Shown here: positions 38,840-47,455 of the stretch, piece after piece
Layout: each line of letters begins with the position of its first letter
How positions within the stretch are numbered: the stretch's first letter is position 1
Assembly: GCA_048937405.1 (NCBI GenBank)
Contig: JBHLNF010000008.1
Span: 116,725 to 180,724 of the forward strand
DNA from: Promethearchaeota archaeon
GTDB lineage: Archaea > Asgardarchaeota > Lokiarchaeia > Sigyniarchaeales > SOKP01
Direction of reading: 5' to 3'
DNA: 64,000 nucleotides
Translations under genes and position numbers: made by a program
Notes under the pieces: generated by a model
Told to the model about the DNA's origin: nothing
What the model saw: the letters and a program-made list of their open reading frames with translations, nothing else
The model's database searches: none

Positions 38840-40561
38840 ATGAAAGATTTAATAATTAAAAATGGCTTAGTATATGATCCACTAAATAATATTGACGGTG
38901 AAAAAAAAGAAATTCATATAAAAAATGGTGTTATAGTGGAAAGTGTTAATGGAGATGCAAAAGTATTAGATGCCTCTGGTATGATCGTTATGCCTGGAGG
39001 GGTTGATATTCATGCGCATATAGCAGGTACTAAAGTTAATGCAGGTCGCTCATTTCGACCAGATGATAAACTCGAAGAATTCAATGAGAAGAGAACGAAA
39101 ATAACTCGAAGTGGAACAGGTTGGTCTGTCCCATCAACATGGACAACAGGATATAGATATGCCAGGATGGGATATACTACAGTTGTAGAACCTGCAATGC
39201 CATTATTGAAAGCACGACATACTCATGAAGAGTTTCTCGATACTCCAATAATAGATACTTGTGCATTTCCATTATTTGGGAATAATTGGTTCGTGATGGA
39301 ATATATAAAAAAAAAAGATTATGAAAAACTCGCAGCTTATATCGCTTGGATTTTAAAAGTAACCAAAGGGTATGCTGTAAAAATAGTAAATCCAGGGGGT
39401 GTTGAAAATTGGGCATGGGGTCAAAATGTAGCATCTCTAGACGACCATGTCTTTCATTTTGAAGTTACACCAAGAGAAATCTTAGAAAGCTTAGCAAAAG
39501 TTAATGAAATCCTTAAATTACCACATACTATTCATGTACATGCTAATAATTTGGGACATCCCGGTAATAAAGAACATACACTTGAAACTTTTAAAGCTGT
39601 TGAGAAGATTAAACCAAAGGATGGAAGAAAATCCGCTTTTCATTTGACTCATTGCCAATTTAATGCATATGGAGGTACTAGTTGGACAGATTTCGAATCT
39701 GGAGCTGCTGATATTGCTGAATATTTGAATTCACATGAGCATTTAACTATTGACGTGGGTCAAGTAATTTTTGGTAAAGCAGCAACAACTACAATGACCG
39801 CGGACGGTCCCTGGGAGTTTGCTTTACATCATATCGGCGGAACAAGTAACTGGGGTTGCCGTCCAGGAATAAAATGGATCAACGGGCAAGTAGAGGGAGA
39901 ATCTGGGTCAGGCATTGTACCTTATCAATTTAGTCCAAAAGTTGCTGTTAACGCCATTCAATGGGCTGTTGGTCTTGAACTCATGCTTCTAACTAAGAAT
40001 CCTTGGCAAGTTTTCATGACTACCGATCATCCAAATGGAGGGCCATTTACATCATATCCTCAAATTATTCGTTGGTTAATGGATAAAAAATCGAGAGATG
40101 ATGTTCTCTTGAATCAATGTTCTAAAAGAGCATCCGAGAGAACAGAATTAAAAGATATAGATCGTGAATTGAATTTATATGAAATTTGTACTATTTCACG
40201 AGCAGGAACTGCTAAATGTTTGGGCATGACTGATAGAGGTCATTTAAGTATTGGAGCAATAGGTGATATTGCTATTTATAATTTGGATCCAAAAAAGATG
40301 GATGGGCATGCTATAGAAAAAGCATTCACATCAGCAGCGTATACGATAAAAGATGGTCAAATTGTTGTTAAAAACGGAGAAATAACGGCAACACCAATGG
40401 GTACTACTCTCTGTGCTGAAGGAAAAATTGAAGAAAATGAGATTGAAGCTTTAATAGCTGATGTTAAAACACACTGGCGCAATCATTATAGTATTAACTT
40501 TAATAATTATGCAATTGGGGACTACTATACTCCAAAAATGAAAATTATAAACAGTACTTAA
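38840..40561 (+). CDS. fwdA: formylmethanofuran dehydrogenase subunit A
   Basis: PGGVDIHAHIAG.KVN.GR, KIVNPGG, HVHANNLGHPGN and TTDHPNGGPF. Confidence 0.95.
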   Translation: MKDLIIKNGLVYDPLNNIDGEKKEIHIKNGVIVESVNGDAKVLDASGMIVMPGGVDIHAHIAGTKVNAGRSFRPDDKLEEFNEKRTKITRSGTGWSVPSTWTTGYRYARMGYTTVVEPAMPLLKARHTHEEFLDTPIIDTCAFPLFGNNWFVMEYIKKKDYEKLAAYIAWILKVTKGYAVKIVNPGGVENWAWGQNVASLDDHVFHFEVTPREILESLAKVNEILKLPHTIHVHANNLGHPGNKEHTLETFKAVEKIKPKDGRKSAFHLTHCQFNAYGGTSWTDFESGAADIAEYLNSHEHLTIDVGQVIFGKAATTTMTADGPWEFALHHIGGTSNWGCRPGIKWINGQVEGESGSGIVPYQFSPKVAVNAIQWAVGLELMLLTKNPWQVFMTTDHPNGGPFTSYPQIIRWLMDKKSRDDVLLNQCSKRASERTELKDIDRELNLYEICTISRAGTAKCLGMTDRGHLSIGAIGDIAIYNLDPKKMDGHAIEKAFTSAAYTIKDGQIVVKNGEITATPMGTTLCAEGKIEENEIEALIADVKTHWRNHYSINFNNYAIGDYYTPKMKIINST

Positions 40562-40686
40562 TTTTTCATTTTAATCAAAAGGAAAAATTAATTCCTAATT
40601 AAAATAATACTCTTTAATTTACTTGAAATTAACCTTATTGAAGGAATAAACTAATTTAAAAAATCAAAGAATTTTCGTTTTAAAAT

Positions 40687-40790
40687 TTATTAAATTTTTA
40701 AAGAATTTTGCATTTTTTTGAAATAATGAGCGATATCTTTTCACTTGAGACTTTATGAGTATCCATTTCTTTAGTAGTATGAATATATAA
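40687..40790. repeat. degenerate direct repeat of about 41634-41735 (3' end of ORF 41637..41888), flanking the QueG-like gene
   Basis: Both copies contain taaattttt.aagaattttgcatttttttgaaataatga...tcacttgaga.tttat. Confidence 0.75.
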
Positions 40791-40830
40791 AAGATTATTT
40801 TTTTAAATTTAACACATAGGAGTTAAACAA

Positions 40831-41622
40831 ATGAGAAGAATATTAAGGAATGAAGAAAAGAAAGCTATTTCAGAATCCAATACGAATGAAATTTTCCACT
40901 ATTTTGATGATTTTCTAAAACAAATTAACTACGACGGTTATTTTGGTATTGCCAAGTTCTCAAATGTATATAATGAATTAATACCTATACAACAGGAAAA
41001 ATTGAATCAATTATTAGATAATCAAATCAATGAATTTAAACAAACAGGTTCTATAATATCAATAGGAATTTGTTATAAACCTGAAATTATTGAATTTATA
41101 AATTTAAAGAATTCTGATGGAATTATGGATAAAAATAAATGGAATATATATGCTCAAGAATATAATAATATTAATAATCTTTTAATTAAAGTTGGGAAAA
41201 AAATAGCAGAAAATTATAATGGTATTTTTATTCAACCCATAACAGGTATTCCAGATGAACAAATTAAGAATGTTCATGATTATTACCCACATACAATATC
41301 ACATAGAGTTGTAGCTGAGCACGCAGGTATTGGTTGGAGAGGTAAAAATGAATTAATAATTACAGAAAAAGATGGTCCTGCATTACGTTTTGCATCAATC
41401 TTAATAAATATTCCATTAATTCAAAATCAAAAACAGATAAGTAAATGCGTTGATTGTACAGATTGCTTGGATGTATGTTCAATTCTTAAGAATAAAGAAA
41501 AGTTATCTGATTATCGTAATTCATGTCGAAAATATATATTATCTTTAGGATTAATAACTGATGTATGTGGAAAATGTATTAAAGTGTGTTTAAAAAAATG
41601 GCAAAAAATACATAATCATTAA
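40831..41622 (+). CDS. epoxyqueuosine reductase (QueG)/reductive-dehalogenase-like cobalamin/Fe-S protein
   Basis: SHRVVAEHAGIGWRGKN.L, GPALRFASIL, CVDCTDCLDVC and CGKCIKVC. Confidence 0.75.
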   Translation: MRRILRNEEKKAISESNTNEIFHYFDDFLKQINYDGYFGIAKFSNVYNELIPIQQEKLNQLLDNQINEFKQTGSIISIGICYKPEIIEFINLKNSDGIMDKNKWNIYAQEYNNINNLLIKVGKKIAENYNGIFIQPITGIPDEQIKNVHDYYPHTISHRVVAEHAGIGWRGKNELIITEKDGPALRFASILINIPLIQNQKQISKCVDCTDCLDVCSILKNKEKLSDYRNSCRKYILSLGLITDVCGKCIKVCLKKWQKIHNH

Positions 41623-41636
41623 GATTTTAGTTATTA

Positions 41637-41888
41637 CTAAATTTTTGAAGAATTTTGCATTTTTTTGAAATAATGATGTATATTTTTATCACTTGAGATT
41701 TTATCAATATCTTCTTTCTCAGTGATATAAATGTTTGAAATATTGATTTTTTGTCTTAAATTTTGACTAACTTCTCTTACAACTTGAGAATATAATCTTA
41801 TATATGAATCTAATGGATTTTTATCTTTTTTATCGTAAATTTGGTTTATTTTTTCTTTCTCTTTTTTAAAATCTTTTTTTTTTGTCAT
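41637..41888 (-). CDS. small basic hypothetical protein
   Basis: 83 aa ORF; a partial copy lies at about 40690. Confidence 0.55.
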   Translation of the reverse strand: MTKKKDFKKEKEKINQIYDKKDKNPLDSYIRLYSQVVREVSQNLRQKINISNIYITEKEDIDKISSDKNIHHYFKKMQNSSKI

Positions 41889-42210
41889 AATATCTAATTG
41901 TGTTTAAATACTCTTATGATATGAAAAAATAATTTAGAATTGTCTAAGTAACTAATTCTCTGAATCATCTTATTAAGGAATCTGGTAAATTTTTGAAATA
42001 CTAATCTTCCACAATTGATTTCTAATGAAAAATATTCATTTTTAAAGATAAAAGGAGCAAAATCCAATTATTTTTTGATTAATATGTGAATGGCATTTTT
42101 TTTTTCCTTATTTACTATTGAAATATATATTAAATTTCCTAAAAATAATTGTTATAATAATTGAGGATGTAAGTCATTTTAATTTAACAGAGAAAATATA
42201 TAATTCTCTA

Positions 42211-42867
42211 TTATATTTCAACAAAATCTTCACTTAGAAAATATAATGACCTTTTAGATACTCTTTTCTCAAAAATAATATGTAATTGTATAAACATTTC
42301 AATATATTTAGTTATAGTACTTATATGCATTTTTAAATCTTTAGATAGTTGAGTTTTTGTAATTCCATAATCAAATTTTCTTAAATAATCGATAATTTTT
42401 CTACTTTTTTCTTTTGAAGTCAAATATCTTATTTTTTTATCTTTGAGATTATATTTTGAGTCAAAATAAATATCATGGTGTTCAATTTTTTCTTTTTTAA
42501 TAAAATTAAATTTTAATAAAATATTAAGATGCCAAACAACGACATGATTGCTTAATTTAAGTTCACGGACGATTCTACTAAAATAGACACCAGGATTATA
42601 TATTATAAAATCATAAATAAGTTTTCTTTTTTGATTTTTTAAAATATCATCTATAGATAATTTTGAACCTTCAACGAGTATATTCTTATTAACTAATGAC
42701 TTTAGAATTTCTTCGATGCCACTAATATTTATATTTTTTGAGGTACTTCTAAAACGAGCAATGATAAAAGGTATTATTTCATTTACATTAAAATATCTAT
42801 TTTTATTTAGATATTCTTTAACAACATCGAAAACCAGCTTTTCTTCTTCTAATAATTCTATAAGCAT
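42211..42867 (-). CDS. multi-winged-helix transcriptional regulator (ArsR-like wHTH tandem)
   Basis: RKLIYDFI..NPG.YFS.IVREL.LS..VVVWHL..L and a second HTH (ITKTQLSKDLKMHISTITKY). Confidence 0.8.
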   Translation of the reverse strand: MLIELLEEEKLVFDVVKEYLNKNRYFNVNEIIPFIIARFRSTSKNINISGIEEILKSLVNKNILVEGSKLSIDDILKNQKRKLIYDFIIYNPGVYFSRIVRELKLSNHVVVWHLNILLKFNFIKKEKIEHHDIYFDSKYNLKDKKIRYLTSKEKSRKIIDYLRKFDYGITKTQLSKDLKMHISTITKYIEMFIQLHIIFEKRVSKRSLYFLSEDFVEI

Positions 42868-42899
42868 ATCTTAGAAATCCTCGATTAGTTTCACCAATT

Positions 42900-44252
42900 C
42901 TATTCAAAACTTAAAGCTGATTTTTTAATCATTTCATCTAAAATAGATTGTCTCTCTTTGGGAGATAAAGCTAGCATTTCCATAATAAATTCACTTTTAT
43001 CAAAACTCTCCCAATCAAATTGATTCAATTTTTCAAAAAATTCTTCCGAAATCACGGTAATATTTATATCGTTCATCAAACTAAGTTTCTCAATAGAATT
43101 ATTTCCCACAAGTATCTGAAGAGCCGATTTACCATCAAATGGTTCCTCATCAAGACCATTTTCAAATATCTCATTAAAATATGCATCTCTATCTCTACCT
43201 AACTTTTTTGCTACTCCTCTATGTTTTACAAAATATCGCACAGCATAAGCGGAGCTAGCTACAACAGCGCCAATTACAGATGCCAAAACTATAAGAGGTA
43301 CTAAAGAATCAGGCTTCTTTAAGGTGATTAATAAGTTTTCAATTCCTATTTTAAAATCATGGGTTATATATTCACCATTAGGGTAATTAAGAAATATACC
43401 TTTTCCATATTCCTCATGCTCATTTTCAACAATTTCATTTATAAAAATATTTTCTATATCCTCATCAATTATCACATCATCCTTCCATGTAAAATATCCT
43501 GTATAACCATTTACTGTAGTAGTTACACCACTTTCTTTTTCAGCATAACCATTTTTCTCGTCATCAGTAGTTTCCTGAATTTTATAATCATCTTCACATT
43601 CTAAACGAGTATATAGAGCAAGTAGAGAATTCTCACTAGCAAACTCAAAATTTGAGATTTCAATTTCAATCTTTGCTTGGGTTGGATTAATTAATGATTG
43701 TTCAATAAAGACAAATTCTTCAACAAAATAAATATGAGCTATAAAGATCTCATCTGAAGTTTGAATTTCAAAAGAATGTATAGAAGTATCGGAAGAAATA
43801 TTTGAAGTTTCATAAACTACAGCTTTGAAATCATTTAATGGAACATTTTTAATTTTATGATCAATTTCAGGATTATACATTCCATTCTTATTAGTATCGT
43901 TAAATTCAATAATTGCTCGAAACAATACACCAAATTCTAATTTCCACTCAGAATCATATTCAGATTTATAACTTAATCCGATATACAATCCATCTTCATC
44001 AAAAAAAATAAGAGCTCTTATTAGATCTTTATCAGTTCCACTTTTCCTAATAGATTCTATACCAATTTCATTTTCATGAATACCGACTTCAATAACTCTT
44101 TTATTTATTTCTTCAAAATCATCATTTATCCCATCATTATCTTCTTCGGCTAAAGTATTTATAAGAGTTAAATTTATGCTAAAAATTATAGTACTTAAAA
44201 GAAGGAAACATACAAAATAATATTGCTTTTTCATTTTCAATACCTCATTCAT
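42900..44252 (-). CDS. single-pass membrane protein with acidic extracellular beta domain and cytoplasmic helical tail
   Basis: Signal peptide, IEFNDTNKNG EF-like loop, K.EIEI.NF.F...S.LAL, YFTW, NYP...HDFKIGI and TM. Confidence 0.75.
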   Translation of the reverse strand: MNEVLKMKKQYYFVCFLLLSTIIFSINLTLINTLAEEDNDGINDDFEEINKRVIEVGIHENEIGIESIRKSGTDKDLIRALIFFDEDGLYIGLSYKSEYDSEWKLEFGVLFRAIIEFNDTNKNGMYNPEIDHKIKNVPLNDFKAVVYETSNISSDTSIHSFEIQTSDEIFIAHIYFVEEFVFIEQSLINPTQAKIEIEISNFEFASENSLLALYTRLECEDDYKIQETTDDEKNGYAEKESGVTTTVNGYTGYFTWKDDVIIDEDIENIFINEIVENEHEEYGKGIFLNYPNGEYITHDFKIGIENLLITLKKPDSLVPLIVLASVIGAVVASSAYAVRYFVKHRGVAKKLGRDRDAYFNEIFENGLDEEPFDGKSALQILVGNNSIEKLSLMNDINITVISEEFFEKLNQFDWESFDKSEFIMEMLALSPKERQSILDEMIKKSALSFE

Positions 44253-44369
44253 TTAAAAAATAATCGTAATTTTAAATCCTATTAATTAGAAATCTTTATT
44301 TTTGGTTTTTTAAAATAATATATAAAAAATAATAGAAATAAATTTTTTTTTTTGGGAACCTTATTAATT

Positions 44370-45569
44370 CTATCTGATTTTCTTCTTTGAGATAAAAACT
44401 CCTAATGCGATAACACTGAGTCCAGCAACGCCAGCAATTGGACCTATAATAATCATCGGAAATTCAGAGTTACTAGGTTCTTCAAGTACAATACCAATTT
44501 TTGGATCATGGTAAATATGAGTTCCTCGTGGATAATTAAAGAATAGTCTCTGGATATCATCATCTTCTTTTTCTAATTCAAGTTCATTTGTTAATACTGG
44601 CATTTCAACTCCATCAATCATAGCTGTTTCTTTCCAACTAAAAATCCCCTTATATCCTTTATTATCTATGAAAACTTCTTTCTCATTAATTGCTTTTCCT
44701 GCTTTTTCATCTTCTGTTTCTTCCTTTTCTTTATAAGGATTCTCAGAAAGGAGACTGGCAAGTAGCGCTAACTGAGAGTCCTCTTCAATATAATCATAAT
44801 CAGTAATCTCAATGTCTATCTTAATTTGAGTGGGAGCAACTATATTCCCATCAAGTATAATGAATTCTTCTGGAAAATAGATATGAGCTGTGAAAACACC
44901 ATCAGTAGTATTAACTAAGAAATAATGTAAAACACTGTCATCTGAAATATTTATTTGATCATATAATATTTCTTGAAATGAATTAATCCAATAATGTTCA
45001 ATAGCCGTATTATTTTCATGCTCAAAAATCCCATTATCATTAAGGTCAACATATTCAATCAATGCAGGAAATTTCACATCAAAATTTAATTTTAATTCAT
45101 GTATCCATTCCTCACAAGTATTCTCAACATCATCTCCATTAGCAGCCTTAAGTCCAGATTCACCTTCATCTTGAACTGGTTCTTCTTCACAATTTACTTT
45201 TCTTATGGTTCGAAATGAGACTCTAATATCTAATCCGCAATCACTATATCCAATCCTTAAATCCATAATGTCTTTCTGATCATCAGATCTTTTAATCGAA
45301 GCTATTTCAACTACGCCTTCCCCAAACCAAATCTCAACATATCTTTTATTTTTTTCTTCAAAGTCATCATCAACACCATCATCATCAGTATCTTTTGGAT
45401 CCTCTCCCTTTTCATCCTTCTGTTCTTCTTCACAGGGTACTTCCTCTTTACAATGTTCTCCTTCTTCATCTTCATCTTCATCAGCATAAGCTATGTTCAT
45501 TCCAAAACAAGCTGAGAATAATAAAATCCCAAAAAAAAACATTCCTACTAAATAATGTGTTTTTTTCAT
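44370..45569 (-). CDS. acidic membrane-anchored surface protein, paralogue of 42900..44252
   Basis: Signal peptide, DTDDDGVDD Ca-binding-like motif, IEYVDLNDNG, NYPRG..IYHDPKIGI, C-terminal TM plus KKKIR. Confidence 0.75.
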   Translation of the reverse strand: MKKTHYLVGMFFFGILLFSACFGMNIAYADEDEDEEGEHCKEEVPCEEEQKDEKGEDPKDTDDDGVDDDFEEKNKRYVEIWFGEGVVEIASIKRSDDQKDIMDLRIGYSDCGLDIRVSFRTIRKVNCEEEPVQDEGESGLKAANGDDVENTCEEWIHELKLNFDVKFPALIEYVDLNDNGIFEHENNTAIEHYWINSFQEILYDQINISDDSVLHYFLVNTTDGVFTAHIYFPEEFIILDGNIVAPTQIKIDIEITDYDYIEEDSQLALLASLLSENPYKEKEETEDEKAGKAINEKEVFIDNKGYKGIFSWKETAMIDGVEMPVLTNELELEKEDDDIQRLFFNYPRGTHIYHDPKIGIVLEEPSNSEFPMIIIGPIAGVAGLSVIALGVFISKKKIR

Positions 45570-45922
45570 GTTTAATCCCGATTCATATAATTTTTCATAA
45601 AATGGTTTACTATCTTAATCTTTATACTGTTATTTAAAATAAAATGGTAAATTTTTGAATATTTTTTAGATGTAGAAAGGAGATTGATTTTTAATTTGTT
45701 TCATTTTTATAAATCTGAACATAAAGTTATCCTAAATCATATATAGGATAAAGTTATAAAAAAAAAGAATTAAAGATATATTAGAATAGATGAAATCTTT
45801 TTTTATCATATATATCTCCTTTCAGATATAATTGGAATTTATTGTTCTATACCTCGAATGAATAACAATCTAAAGGAAAAATTTATTTGATATAAGTATT
45901 AGCGTAATAAAAATAATAAAAG

Positions 45923-46003
45923 AGCCAGCGGTGGGATTTGCACCCACGACGCTAAAAGCAACGGCTCTGCAGGCCGCCTCCTTAACTACTAGGATACGCT
46001 GGC
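45923..46003 (-). tRNA. tRNA-Cys(GCA), 81 nt, long variable arm, no encoded CCA
   Basis: Acceptor GCCAGCG/CGCTGGC plus U73; D-stem TCCT/AGGA; anticodon stem GCGGC/GCCGT with loop CTGCAGA; T-arm GTGGG-TGCAAAT-CCCAC. Confidence 0.92.
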
Positions 46004-46245
46004 TTTAAATTAAATATTAACAGTTCCTATATAGAATTTTCTAACATTATTATATGAAGATTTATCATTGATTTTTATTTAGTTTTTCTATTATATAAAC
46101 TAAAAATCCGAATAATAACATAATCATTTTATAATTTTATCATAAATTATCTATGAAATGAATTTAGAAAATAAAGATGATATTTATAATTCATTTTGTA
46201 ACTGATTAAAGAAAATAATAAATGATTTAGAATTTTAATTAATTC

Positions 46246-47304
46246 TTGAATAGTTTTTTTCTATTTTTAAATACTATGAATGATGAAAGCTTTAAAAAAA
46301 AAGGACGAATAATTGGACTTGGATTAATATCTGGAGGATTAGATAGCCTAGTTGCTTGTTTTTTACTTCAATTACAAAAAATTGAAATTATCGGATTGAA
46401 TTTTACATCCCCTTTTTGTCAATACAATAAAAATGCTAGTCAAAGAGAATGTAATTTAGAATTATTTGAGAATAAACTTGGAATTCAAATGCATTATTTA
46501 CCTTTAGAAGATGATTTTCTGGAAATTATCAAGAATCCAAGGTTTGGTTATGGAAAGCATCTAAATCCTTGTATTGATTGTAGGATTTATATATTAAGAA
46601 AAGCAAAAGAATATAGAAAAAAAATATCCGCCGACTTTATATTTACTGGAGAAGTTCTCAATCAACGCCCAAAATCTCAACATATGAATGCATTAAAGAT
46701 AGTTGAAAAAGAATCGGATTTAGAGGGTAAACTTGTAAGACCTTTATCAGCTCTTCATTTAAAACCAACAATTTATGAACTACAAGGATTAATTGACCGT
46801 ACAAAGTTATTAGGAATAAAAGGAAGGAGTAGAAAGATACAAATGGAAATAGCTAGAAAGCATGGGATATTGAATAATTATTATGCATGTGGTGGTTGCT
46901 TATTAACAGATGAGCATTTTACCAATCGTATGAATGACTATTTTAAATTTAATGACCATCAAAAAATGGATGATATAGCTATTTTAAAAGTTGGTCGTCA
47001 TTTCCGATATAAGGATATTAAAATTATAGTTGGAAGAAATGAATCTGAAAATAATCAATTACTTACCCTAAAAAGATCAAAAGATTTAATTATTGAAGCG
47101 AGTGATGTTCCTGGACCAATAACAATTGTACAAGGAAGAATCAATAAGTTATCATTGAAATATGCTGCAATGTTAACTTTACGCTATTCTGATTTAAACC
47201 AATTAAAAGGTTATGTAAATTATGGAGCTGATTATAATAATTTGAAAAAAAGCATTTGTATCGAAGTCGAGTATGATTTGAATTTAAAAGAATATATCTT
47301 ATAG
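46246..47304 (+). CDS. PP-loop tRNA thiolation-type ATPase (ThiI/MnmA-like, DUF814-type C-terminus)
   Basis: ISGGLDS, NPCIDCR, TGEVLNQRPKSQ, GGCLLTD, GRHFR and IVGRN; the actual start may be ATG 46276. Confidence 0.8.
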   Translation: MNSFFLFLNTMNDESFKKKGRIIGLGLISGGLDSLVACFLLQLQKIEIIGLNFTSPFCQYNKNASQRECNLELFENKLGIQMHYLPLEDDFLEIIKNPRFGYGKHLNPCIDCRIYILRKAKEYRKKISADFIFTGEVLNQRPKSQHMNALKIVEKESDLEGKLVRPLSALHLKPTIYELQGLIDRTKLLGIKGRSRKIQMEIARKHGILNNYYACGGCLLTDEHFTNRMNDYFKFNDHQKMDDIAILKVGRHFRYKDIKIIVGRNESENNQLLTLKRSKDLIIEASDVPGPITIVQGRINKLSLKYAAMLTLRYSDLNQLKGYVNYGADYNNLKKSICIEVEYDLNLKEYIL

Positions 47305-47455
47305 CACAAATAAAATCATTTGTTCTTGTCTATATACCGAAAATATCATAATAAAAGAAGATATAAATAGAACAACTCTTATCTAGGAAGTAGAGTTACC
47401 TTACTTTAATTATTTTATTTAGTTATCAAACTCATAGGAGATTGGTGTTAAATAT

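Noticed and set aside
45923-46003. tRNA-Sec, given the long variable arm
   Set aside because: The anticodon is GCA, the fold is 7/5 with a 4-bp D-stem, and the discriminator is U73; these are tRNA-Cys features.
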